Below the pieces are notes generated by a model. The model did no database searches. It was not told the origin of the DNA and saw only the letters and a list, made by a program, of their open reading frames with translations. A stretch of 64,000 bases of DNA from Mytilus californianus (lineage: Eukaryota): positions 25,978,001-26,042,000 of the forward strand of contig NW_026262690.1 in assembly GCF_021869535.1 (NCBI RefSeq), read 5' to 3'. Made by a program: the position numbers and the translations under genes. Shown here in pieces: positions 13,791-26,800 of this stretch (positions are counted from its first letter, which is position 1; each line of letters starts with the position of its first letter).

Positions 13791-15000
13791 AATTTTGACG
13801 ACTATTACAGATCATTAATTTCAGGATTGTTATAAATATTGAGAAGAGCGTCGGCGATAAGTTATCTCCTTGTTTCACACCAGTTTTACAGCAAAACCAA
13901 GATGTAAGTTTCCCGTTTAGTTTAGAACACAGGATTCCGAACTCTGATAGATATTTTTTGTAGAATTGCATACTTTTTCATCAATCATATTTAACAAAAG
14001 CTTGTACAACATGATATGCCTGTCAATAAATCAACCCATTTTCTCAGATCAACGAATGCAACGAAGACCGATGGATTATTTCGTATGATACTATTCAAAG
14101 TAAAAATATGTTTTTCACATAATCTGTTTTTTCGAAAACCATTATGTCTGCAAATATGTCATTGTTTTCAAGATAACGCCCGAGGCGCTGGTTAATTAAA
14201 GAACTATACAGTTTACTAGTATATGAAATTAAAGAAGACTGGTACCTTTGTAATTCATTGGTATTCGGATATCTGAATAGGGGTCCTACAAAATTGGACA
14301 TATGATGGCTTTTCCCCAAATGGGCAGAATAATACTTGTGTCAAATATTAGTTGACAAAGTTCTTGCAATGTATCTATGATTGCAGGAAACCTCAAAACA
14401 CTATACGGAATCTGGACGTAACCACTAGCTTCACCGGATTCATCAATGACTTCCATCGGGATATCCTTTATGGTCCTAGAACCGAGCCTTCGTATCTTTT
14501 CCAAGAATTCGTTCGGATTCGTTGTTGACATTGTTTCAATATCAACTGCCACGACCATCTTGTACGCACGTTCCGTTCGTCTAAGACTTTTATCGAAAGC
14601 ATATCATGGTTGACCGTACTCGCGTCTTATGGCTGCTTTGACATTACGGCTACCGTTTCATTTTCTGTAGCATGCGGGCATTATCCTTTTCAGTCCTTTC
14701 ATGACCGATGGCCATTTTATTTTTGTGATCAACATGAGAAATCAGTATCAAAACATTACAGCCAATGTTGGTCTACTCCAAAATTGTGTTCAATTTTGCA
14801 AGAGTGCGTTTGTAGTTTAGTTTTTCTGCATTTCTTTGATCAGTTTGAAATCCTTGTTCGTTGGAACATAGAAAACATAAAACAGATGTTCCATAACTTT
14901 CATTCCGTTCGTTTCACAGCAAATTACATGACTAGTCTGTGCATTTACGTTCGTATAACTAATTTTAATTTGAAATACTGTTTTGTTAATGAGTTTTAAT
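13780..15000 (-). mobile_element. Degraded non-LTR retrotransposon (CR1-like) RT fragment
   Basis: KTGVKQGDNLSPTLFSIFI and SKLYSSLINQRLGRYLENN RT motifs, with frameshifts between them. Confidence 0.85.
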
Positions 15001-16796
15001 GTGGTTCGCCACCCTTAAATATTATATCACTGGTAAAACTGTTCACTTAAGATTTGATAAATGAACAGGGAATGAAAACCGTATACTTAAACCATAAAGT
15101 GGTGATGCAGATGATTTATTCGTCTTTATTTGTTTTTTTCTCTCAAACGAAGGATTTTCGTATTATTGATAATCCCTGAAATAATTTCAGGGGAATTTGT
15201 AAAATATTTCTTAAAATTTTCAGTGATTATGTAAAATCACTGGTCATTTTTAGTGATTATATATAGTCCATAATGATTTTAGTGATTATGCAAAATCCCT
15301 GAAAAATCAGAGATTCTACATAATCCCCGATTATACAAATTCACTGTAACATATAAACGGTAAAATAAATAAATTTAATTTTCCGACACGTCTTTTGGTA
15401 AATAATTGTAGATTTCTGATATATTCTTTTTTCTAAATTCCATTTCAGTAATAAGTAATTAATTACATATTTAAATTCAATAAAAAAAACCAATAGTATC
15501 TGATGACCAAAGATGTTATTATACCTCGATGGAAAAAAAACCAAAGACGATTGGTAAACACAAGACATACATTTGCTTACATTAATATTAGTTGGTTATG
15601 CTGTCATATTTAAATGTTTAGTTTACAAATAAACTTAAAAGGCCAATTCAATTTGAAAACGCTGTGTATCTTATTTTTTGTATTACAGTAATTAGACAAC
15701 ACTGATCAAGAGAGAATTTAAAACATTGGTTGTCTTGCAAAAATAAAAACCAGTAAAACTTCCCAGTTACGCACGCCGAAAAAGGGTTTCTTATGGAAAC
15801 AATTCTGATCAAATTAATTTCCGTTACTTTTTTCGTATGTTTTTTTCATGGCATTTTCAGTTTGTATTCGACTTTTGAATTTGAACATCCCTTTGGCATC
15901 TTTTGACCCTTAGATTTATTGGTAATGTTTAAAATCTTTCAATCAATTGTTAAAAAAAAATCTATTTACGATTTATGATTTGGACATCTAAATGAACAAT
16001 AATTTCAATTGAACTATCATACTGTCCGCATACGGTTGTTTATTTCATTGTTTTTACTTTATGAAAAGCCTATTCGTCTATTGCAATATCAAAATGACTG
16101 TATTTATTGGTTTAATATGAATAAGACAATTGGGATATAGGCAAATCAGACTGTAACCAAACAACACAATCCTCCAAAATTCTTTCTCGTTTTTAACTAT
16201 TGCTCATAATTAAATATCATCTGAAAAACGAATAATCACCAATTAAACTATGTGATGATTCATTAACAGCAGATGCCATTTTGCGAAACGAAGACTGATC
16301 AATAGAGGAATTGAAATCAGTTTCTATTTTCTAGATTAATTAGAGATCGACAGCAATAAAAGTAATATGTGATAATGATATCCGACATCATCCTGAGCAA
16401 AACTGTTTATTGTAATTGAAGTATTTTCCCTCAACGTGAAAAACAGCAGCATGCCAGATATTGTGCTAGAAATTGCGAGATCCTTTATAGTAGAATTTCT
16501 ATAGAATCCGTAAACAATATTATTTATGAATCAGAAATCATTACGTAATAAACCGGTATAGCACGAGAAGAGTATCAGAAATATAAGAAAAAGTATATTG
16601 ATTTCAAGTCTTCCCGATGTTCCTTATGTGTTATTGACTAAATAAATCCCTTTGAAAATAACATTTAAGGTACCAATTTTACTGCACCAAGTGCGCATTT
16701 CGAAAATAATGTCACATCAGTTCCCGACAAGGAATCGGAAGTTTGCATTAGGAAAATAAATAAAGAAAATATTTACATGGTAAAAACTGTAAGCGT

Positions 16797-16799
<3 letters not shown>

Positions 16800-16840
<41 letters not shown>

Positions 16841-16997
16841 CTCGTCTCAAATTTAGCTCAACAATGTTAGATCTTCAAATTTGCGTTAGCAAATATCTGT
16901 TCTTTCCTCAGCGGGTTTCGAACTCTTGCTTCTGTGACATAGTGGCAACACCGCCTGCACCGTGTCCAACGCCCTAGCCCACTCGACCACCTAGGCT
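16800..16997 (-). mobile_element. Second copy of the tRNA-derived SINE-like unit
   Basis: Alignable with 2654-2824, with a longer (TA)n tract; the homology continues into the 5' flank to ~17158. Confidence 0.8.
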
Positions 16998-18099
16998 ACA
17001 TAAAAAATATGTGGTCGATGTAATACCTTTCCTCTTCGGCTTTATCTAGGGTTGTAACACAGTACATGATGTATAATGGCAAGTGGATGGTGTACTTTTC
17101 AGATCAGCCATTTTATCCGTCGTAAAAGATGATAATGTTAATTACCATACCGCCACATAAAATATTGTATGTTCTGTCACGTGAACATAACAAATTGGTA
17201 TCTATTGCTTACAAAATCAAAATCATTGCATACAAATAGATAACCGTATTGTTTATAAAACGTTCACATAGAAATAATGTTGTCCTTTGTTGGACGACAT
17301 ATTTTGTAAATTGGAATTAGTGTACAGTTTATTATTAAAATAGTCATTTGGTCTCTGGTGGAGATTTGTCTCGTTGGCAATCATACCACATCTTCTTATT
17401 TTAACGATTTTGTTGAGTTTGAATACTATAGCTTTCTTATTTCATGATATGAATTATCCTGGACGTCTCTCCGAATAAAAACAGTGAAACACATATATTA
17501 TAAAAGAACAGATTACATATCAATCTCTCTTATTTTTGCTACTCTAATTTCTTTGCCGATACTCGTTACAAGTTTCGTATAGTATGGTGGGTCTAGTAAA
17601 CCTCAACAACTGATTTTCGGGTACTATTTCCTGAGGGAGAGGGAGATGTTAGGAATAGGGACCAGTAGTGCTTACTTCAATGTATCATTGACAAACAAAT
17701 AAATGTAATAAAATGTTTTTTTTTATTGACATTAGTTTACCAATATGATGTCTAAAATTGCAATGATGTCGGCCTGACGGAAAAAATGAAGATCATTATG
17801 AAACTCAACAGAGATTTTTTTAAAATTAAAACTTGGGTCATGAAACAGTGAAAAGTAATCAGACGACAAAACATGATACAAACAACAATTTACGGGAATA
17901 GCTCACATTGATAATTTTTAAGGCTAAATGATCTTTACATTTATTCCCGATTGCACATACTAGTATGAGATGTTCGCGCTACCGCTCTTTATGTATACGA
18001 CGTCAACGCTGTTGTGACGTAACCAAATTCAGATTTTCAATACAAGTATCATTGCAATCAGACGTTTTTTCTTATTTAGCCTTAATTTTTGTCCGATAA

Positions 18100-20180
18100 G
18101 AAAATGGAACCGTGGACACGGATGATTTGTCAAACATATAGGAAAGTCTGAAACGGAAGCAGGAACTTTTACTCAAATTAAATGAGGAGATAGTACATGA
18201 ACTGGATGAGATATCGAAACGGAGATCGTTGAGGCAGATGAGTATGCATTTAACTTAGAGTGTAACATTCGTCAAGTCAACAAACCCACCTTGGTAAAAA
18301 CTACATCGACACATTGCAGAAAACTACCATTTGTCAGATTTCCACCCATCTTTTAGCTCAACAAGTGACTACAACAAACTACCCACGTTGAATCTCCCTA
18401 CTTTCGATGGAGATATACTTCATTGACAGTCATTCTGGGACTCATTTGAGACAGCCGTGCATGCAAACCCAACGTTAAAAAATCCAGTTACTAGTATTTG
18501 AAATCGTTACTTCACGATGCAGCTCTGAAATCAGTGATGGGTTTTGCGCTAACTAATGCAAACTATGAAAAGGTATTTTCCCTGTAACAAGATAGATGTG
18601 GTCATGAACATAAAATTACACAGATGTGCATGCAGGCACAAGTTGATATTCCGTCGCCTAGATACACACTTTCCAGCCTCCTACGTTTTTATGACAACAT
18701 TGAAAATTACATAAGAGGGTTGGAATCACTAGGATAAACTTATGATTCATACGAAGCGTTATTATTACCGATTATATTGAACAAACTATTAGGGGAATTT
18801 CGAAAAAAAACGTGCAAGAGAATTTGGATCTACTAACATACGCTTGGTCCACTTAAGAAAAGGCATATTTAATGAATTAAATATCATGGAAGCCGGTAAC
18901 TTAATAAACAGTCTTGAAAATCCCACAGCTACTGAAGCATTTTTGACATATACGAGACCAGGAAAGCGACAATCAAGTCACAGACACCAAAATTAGGTTC
19001 ACCAAGAACACTAGCTTTAATTCTAAACAGTGCGTTTACTGCCACGAGTCACACGCATCGGTAAATTGTACCAAAGTAATTGAATATAAAGATCAGATGT
19101 CAATAGTTTACAGAGACCGCTTATGTTTCAACTGTTTAGGACATCTTAACTTGATTTGATAGTAAGTCACACAAAGCATGCAGACAACGTCACAATCGTC
19201 ACCACGCGAGTTTATGTAAGGACAATGCACAAATTGATAATAGTGTGAACGTAAATACCATACAACACAACGCGAAGGAATCGAACACAATTTTACATTC
19301 ACAGGCAACCACAAATATTTTGCTCAAAACCGCAAATAAACCTGTAAGTTTGGGACGACAATGTTTAGATGCCAACATTCTTTTTAACGAAGGAGCACAG
19401 AGGTCGTTTATCACAGAAGACATTGCCGCTAAATTGCAGTTATCAATAGCTGGCACAAACAGTTTAAATTTGTCTGGGTTTTGGGACAATGCAGAAAGTA
19501 CAAGAATTAGACACTTGAAAACTGCTTTATTTCTTTGCTTATAAAGGAAAGAAAAATAGCGATCAGAGTATTGATTGTACCTGAAATCGCCTCACCGCTT
19601 AAAACGTACGCCTATAAAGCAGCAAAATTACCGTATTTATCAGGGATAAAGATCGCTCATTCAGTTACTACAAACGACAACTTTCAAGTCCCAGTACTCG
19701 TAGGAGCCGACTACTATTGGTCAATTATAGAAAACCATTTCATCGAAGGTGAGGGACCTACTGCCGTGAACACTTCCCTGTACACCAAGCTGCATAAACC
19801 AGCAAAATTCTATAATGAATGTAATAATATAAAAAAAGACAGAGAATCTGACCTGGAGAAGTTTTGGAAGATAGAATCACATGGCATTGGAAAAATTGAC
19901 GAGAAGACAACGAGAAACAAAGAATTTCAAGATTTATATCAGAAGACATGTATAAGTTACCATGACAACAAATATTTCGCTACTTTACACAAGAAAGAAT
20001 ATCACCCATCTTTACTAGTGAACAAAGATATTGCAAAGTGGAGAAAATGAAATGTAAATAAAAGACTGAAAAAGGAACCGCAACTATTACATCCTCTAGA
20101 ACTGACATCTAATAAAGACAGAAGTCCATGTAATGAAATATTACCCGCAAGACAAGCGAAGACCGAGGCAAAACAAAAGA
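18100..20180 (+). mobile_element. Decayed Bel/Pao LTR-retrotransposon gag-protease fragment
   Basis: Broken frames encode NLPTFDGDILH*QSFWDSFETAVHANP (DUF1759-like), Cys-His boxes (CVYCHESHASVNC; LCFNCLGH), ANILFNEGAQRSFIT (protease motif with catalytic D read as N) and VLVGADYYW. I saw no RT motifs. Confidence 0.85.
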
Positions 20181-20649
20181 TAAAGATGTGGACCAAAGGA
20201 GACCGTCGCATGTGATCAATGTGAACTATTTATCCGAATTTAATGGACTGTTAACTGTGTTTTATGAGTTCAATCGTACTTTATTTAATAGACACAGTAT
20301 TTTCAAATTGAAGTTTTTTTATTTATCAGAGATAGTAATTCAAAGTGAAACTTTCTTAATTAATTTTCATTGTTATTTAATTCATTTGCGCGCCCAAAGA
20401 ATGTTCTGGATTGCAAATACAAGTATGAGATGTTTGCGCTACCGCTCTTTATGTATACGTGAGATGTCCAGAAAATAACGAATTAGAAGGACTAATTGTG
20501 TTTTCATTTTCTTATTCGATTGTAAGCTTTTACTAACTATGGCAAGAAAAAAAAACAAACAAACAAAAATACGCTCCAACTTCCAAATCATCTATTTCAG
20601 TAAATTGAAAGACATATATCATAATACTGTTAGTTCATGTTAAACATCT

Positions 20650-20817
20650 CTATAATCTTGAATGAGCTAAATTATGACTTTGTTCTAAAATGAACGGATG
20701 GACCTTTGTCTTTGCTTGAGGCCAACACAATATACATACAGCAAGAATAAAAACACCCGAAGCTATCACAGTTAAACTTATCATACCAACACATGAGGCG
20801 TCAAGCATTTGTTCGAT
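20650..20817 (-). CDS. CD36-like last exon: TM2 plus cytoplasmic tail ending KTKVHPFILEQSHNLAHSRL*
   Basis: Acceptor ttttcatttccag; 55 codons plus TAG; hydrophobic stretch MISLTVIASGVFILAVCILC. Confidence 0.88.
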   Translation of the reverse strand: MEQMLDASCVGMISLTVIASGVFILAVCILCWPQAKTKVHPFILEQSHNLAHSRL

Positions 20818-23800
20818 CTGGAAATGAAAATAAAAGTTTGTAAATTTATTTTATTCGTGTGTGTAAAGTTATCTTATACTTTTAATAAAGTTCCTACTAC
20901 AGTTCATATTAAAAAATATAGCTTTTTATATTCATATACCGGTATGTGGTTTTTGTGATCTGTTATAAATGAAATAGCAAATTGTCTGTATGGCGTGACT
21001 ACATGATCATTTCCTTAAATCTTGATGCTAGTCACCAAACAGGTAACCCGTTATTGCCGTTAATTAGTAATATGATTTAAACATTGCCTAAAATAAACAT
21101 GGCAGCTCTGTGATATTCATAATCAAACACATCAATTAAGTAAAGTAGCATCGAATGACGTTACACGGCAAACGCTCAAATGACATGAGAGTAAAAATGG
21201 GGGAAAAGAATGGAGACACCAATGGGAACGTTGTATTCACAAAGAATAATATCTAGAGTTTTCAATATTTTGTTATTTTTAACATTATGCAATATAGCCT
21301 TATTATGTGGTCAGTACAGGTATTTGTCGCTCCAATGAAAGTGTTTCCCAGATGTGCTGACTAGTACAAGGATCGATATCTATAAGCGTGTGTTACATTT
21401 CGTACAGTCTACTTTTCTATCTTCTTTGTTCTGACTTTGCCAACTTAGTGTTGTTATCGTGTTAGTCACGCACCCAGGTGTTCTGTCTGTATAGTTGTTG
21501 GTGGCAAAACAAAGTCGCTTTTCTTTGCAAATTACTTAGGATATTGATTTTACTTCAATGCAGTGACAGCATACTGAGTAACCAATGATAGGTATTACTT
21601 TTTTTGTTTAAGATTTCTCTTTGACGGTCTTGGTGCAGTCTTTCGGATTTCTTCTAATACAGTCAAGTGTTCTGTTTCCTTTGACAGATTCGTTGCTAAC
21701 ATGTTTGTCCCAGGACATGTTGTTGGTTATTGTGACTCCCAGGTAGTTGTTGAAGTCAGCTAAATTAGTATGTGACAAAGAAGCAGATACATATAGTTAG
21801 TAGGTATGACGTTCATGGTCTTGAACTTACATGGTGTTTCTCTTATTACTATGCATGTACTTAAGTTAAAATTCATTTGCAATCTGTTGTCCGATTCCTC
21901 AAGCGCACGAAGATCTACATGCAGTAACTGGATATCTGATGCTCCATTATGGCATAGATAGGATGATGTCGTACGCGTCTTTGAGTTTTGAGTAGTCTCT
22001 GGCATATAATTTATGTAGATTTGAAACATGAGGTTCCTAGCTTTATTTCCTGAACTGGTGTTGATTTTCCTTCTTCCAGCACTAGTTTTTTGTTTGTTTA
22101 CCCAAATACAAAAAAAGACGTATCCATTTTAATCAGACCGGGTCATTAAGTGTTGATCATGTGATATTTCAAAAAAATACTTTACAATAACTGAATGTTT
22201 ACACATAAGCTGACTTTTGTATGATGTCTTTTTTTCAGAAGGCCTCAGACAGCGGAATTTTACATGCTTATTTGATCTTCTTTTACAATAAAGCAAAGTA
22301 TGAGTTCAAAAAGCGGAAGAACATTGAAATATATTTGTAAATAATAGTTACATAATCTACTAATTTTTCTGAACAAAATAATATTATTTTATTTTATTTT
22401 GTTATCACAACTTTTTATAAGTGTCAATACCATTCTTATGATTCAGAATCTAGGCATCAAAATCAATGTTTTCTCTTTTTATGGAGTTAAGATAAGAGTC
22501 TTAAAATAAGATAATTAACTTACGCGTGTTTTAAATTTTCCAACATCAGAACTTGAAATTTCTATTCTTGATTCCCTTAAAAACGTTGAAAATGAATATG
22601 TTGAAATATTCAGTCGATATACATTATCAGTAACATCTCCATACTTAAAAAAAGAGATTTTCTGTTGCTTGCACAGAGTCTTTCTCCAAATTTTCCCCGA
22701 AAGAGGTTCTATGTCAATCTGAAATACAACAATATGTCAATGTCATAGATTCAAAACTTTTTAATTAGACAGGGATATCAAAATACACATACAAATTCTT
22801 TAGATAAAAATATGCTCGTGAGAATGTTGGATAAGTTTACAATAACTAATACAACGTAAAGCCAGGGACAATGCTTGCAATGTTTGAGAAATTAATACAT
22901 GTTGACTTATATTTTAATTCAGGTATTAGCAAAAGATAAGAAGATACAAAGGGGGCAATTAAACAACCATAAAACGAAGAATGACGGGAACTGCCAAAGA
23001 AAACAAAACACGAACAAACAAGCAGGATATGGAGTTCCACCTCTACTTGTGGTACCCGTCAAACAGTCTATTCAAGTTAACATACAGACGGTCTATACTC
23101 ATTCATGAATACTATTAGTTTCGTAAACAGGTATTGAAATTGATAATGTATATTTCCCAAATATATACAAAAAAAAGTACTTACAAATGACTCAATAAAA
23201 GTACAACACGGAACATTTGTGTTTGATGGACATCTTGATACATCTGCAAAAAACTATTAAAACTTGAGTCGTGCAATGATCATTATATCAAATTAGATTA
23301 CTAATTCTTAATAACATCTTACACCAACAGAAATGTGCTCCTGACCGAATTCGGTTTTTGTTGAAATACTGTATGTAACATATTTGAAACTGGAGGAAAA
23401 ACGAAGATACCTTTTCTTCATAGGAAAGATGCAGTAAAATGTGAAACTGGTCACATATTTGCTTCGTTACATTGAAAAAAAACGCGCTAGAACTATCATG
23501 ATTATGTTAAATTACTAATAAAACAATTCATAACATCAGTCATCAAAGATACCATGCTTATAACTCCGGGTGCGGGAGTTTCTCGCTGCATTGAAGACCC
23601 ATTGGTGGCCTTCGGCTGTTGTCTGCTCTATGGTCGGGTTGTTGTCTCTTTGACACATTCCCCATTTCCATTCTCAATTTTATTATAAGTACGCCAGAGA
23701 CATGTTTTATCTACACAAGGCTCTTCAATGGCGCTAATATCAAAACAGTTGGAAAGCAAAATAAATAACAAAATGGAAGAGCTTATCAAAATGTCCACTT

Positions 23801-26800
23801 TAAAACGCACCAAAAGATACCAGGCTTTTATTTTGTATCTACATAAAACTCATCAGTGGCATTCGAACCAAAACACTTGAAAAACCAATCAAATACTAAG
23901 TTGAATAGCAATAAAACCGAACCTCCTAAACAAGCTGTGCCAAGGCTAAGGCAATCTATTTAAAATTTCATTTAAAGCATTTTCGAAACGAAGTACAGTC
24001 AAGATGTATAAACTAATTTTCTTTCCATCTTGAAATTAACAATCTTCAATTTTTGGCCCCCTTTTCATCATTGCCTGAGAAAACAATTTGAAAAATATCC
24101 CTATTCTACATGTACAATGGAAGCGGATTCCGTATTCGACACAAACACTAAAGTAACGAAACATTTTAGGTTATTTTTATATCGTTCTACTATATGTTTT
24201 TGCATATTTGTACTATTTCCATATTCCTACTAAAAATCATATTAGGACATTGGGGGTGGAAGGATCTAAAATCTACAAACATTTTTTTCAATATTTTAAT
24301 GGTATCCTGATGCTTGCATTATCAACAACGACAGTTTGTTTTGTTTTATTTTTCTGCTAAAGAGAACTGTGTCGACTTTCTAGAAATCGATATTTCAAAT
24401 ATAAGAAAACACTTTAATTTGATGGAAATCGTGAACTATCTTATTACGATGGTTTATATGTTCATTTATTTACATACATCGTTATTGCCATCTTGTCTTT
24501 GAAAGTCGATAAACGAGTCTTCCGAAATTACAATTTGTAACATCAAACAAGTGTGAGCAATTAGTAAGAACAATTAAACAGATTCTGGACCAAAAATCTA
24601 ACAAGGCAGCAGAAGTAGCAGTGTGTGTGTTAAATTATATTAACATGGCTTCTGTCTATAAATGTAAGACATGCCTGAATTAATAATGCACTATCAGTTT
24701 TCTCCGATATATTCCCCGTTGATAAATAAACTATTAAGAAACTAAGGTTGCAACTCCCACAGGCAAAAGTTGGCCTTAGTTGAATTTGGCTTTTTGTATC
24801 ACGTAATTATGACGATATGATAAAGTAATATATATTATTAGAAATATTGAAGACGTTCTCAAAATCCTTAATTTCTATTTCCATAAACGGGCCTTAACGT
24901 CCCTTCTGCTTTGGTAAAATTGTATTCTGAATGCAAAGATAGGGTTTCAACTTTTAGCATTAAGTTACAGTAAAAAATATAGCGTCCAACCAAAAAGAAG
25001 AAAAGAAAAATGGTAGAAGCCACGGAAAAAACTCCAAAAATATTTTGGGAAAAGGGTGAAAAAGAAGTTTTCAAACAGTAACTTTTTCATTACCCATTTT
25101 TAATTTTCTAGATGAATGCATTTTTTTGTGTTTTATAAAACAACATATTTTTAGTAGATATAAGAAGATGTGGTATGAGTGTCAATCAGACAACTCTCCA
25201 TCCAAGTCACAATTTATAAAAGTAAACCATTATAGGTCAAAGTACGGTCTTCAACACGGAGCCTTGACTCACACCGAACAGCAAGCTATAAAGGGCCTCA
25301 AAAATTACTAGTGTAAAACCATTCAAACGGGAAAACCAACGGTCAATTCTATACAAAAAACGAGAAACGAGAAACACTTATGAACCACATCAACAAACGA
25401 CAACTACTAAACATCAGATTCTTGACTTAGGACAGGTGCAAAACAATTGCATCGGGTTTAAACGTTGTAATGGTACCAAACCGTCACCCTATCTGAAAAA
25501 TAGTGTAACATCACATCATAGAAAGACACACTATAAAATATCAATTGAAATGGCTTAACTCAATCAAAAGACATATTAACACAAGTGAACATACACTGAA
25601 CGAATAAATTTGATCTATGATACAATGCAAATACAAAATCAATAAAATAAGGGATGAATAATTAAAGTAGATATGGATATTGGAATTTCTATTTACCTTG
25701 CGTCGTAGTTTTTTATTCACGTGCTTACATTTTTAAAGATTTTTTTACCTCAATAAAGTGTTAACTTTTATGTAGTGTGTATTTCTACTAGTATTCAACA
25801 TTTAAAAAAGTTTGCAAGTGTATATTTTCCTTACCTGATATATATTTGAATAAATCAATTCCTGAATATTCCGTTATCCCTTTTTGTTTAAAATATACTG
25901 CGCAAGCAAACTCTTCGCTAAAATGAAGGAAAGAGTTTACTGCAGGCCTTTGACTTCTACATGTCTTCAAATCTTCCAATGGTTGAATGAAATACGTGGT
26001 ATATATGCTGTGTTGACTCGCTGTGGAAATATCGGAATCCTGATAATCTGGAATATAAAATCCAATTTTCACACTGTTGTACACAGTTGTGCATTGTCTT
26101 TTGTTTCTTTTTTAGGTTAAGCAAAATATTTTTGCAGTGAGGACTTTGTCCTGAAATAAAATTATTTGAAAAGCATTAAAATTTATCTAAAGCCACTTCC
26201 ACCCCCTTTTGAAGTTGTCCTTTGTACCAACCTTAACCTTATCCAAACTTTAAAAACAAAACCAAGAAGCAAATAACTGATGACCGATACAAATCATTCC
26301 TGTTGTTGAAGCTTTCTAAAAAAAGGGAAAAAAAAACCAAAAAAACTTGTTTTACCTTTTGTAAGAACAAATACTTACTTAAACCACATTTTAGAAGTTG
26401 TCTGAGAACAGAACGAAAAACTGAATTGTTTGATGAAATAATAATGGTCACAACAAGAGTGCAAGATTCTGGTTTTTAATGTTGCCTAACGAGTATAATG
26501 TCTTTTTAAAATATTGACAAATAAGTGGGAAAACTCGAGAAAGAAAAGACATTTCACATGAAATGTATTTGTTTATTAATATTATTTGTGCATTAAACTT
26601 TACTATTATATTTGTTGGATAGTGTCTTAGGAGTTGTACAATTTTTGGAAGGTACCTACACCAATTCAGGTATAAAAGATCATTTCTGAAAAAGCACAAG
26701 CTTGACATGACTCAAAAGAAAATATAACTACTCAAAATAATGGGAAGCATTAAGACATGCATTTATCTGAAACATTACAATCTTAGATTTCGATATGTGT

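Noticed and set aside
26448-26708. 86-aa ORF and a 23-nt micro-exon candidate near 26377-26399 as CD36-like exons
   Set aside because: The phases are incompatible with the phase-1 donor of exon 4, and exon 4 splices cleanly to 26047.
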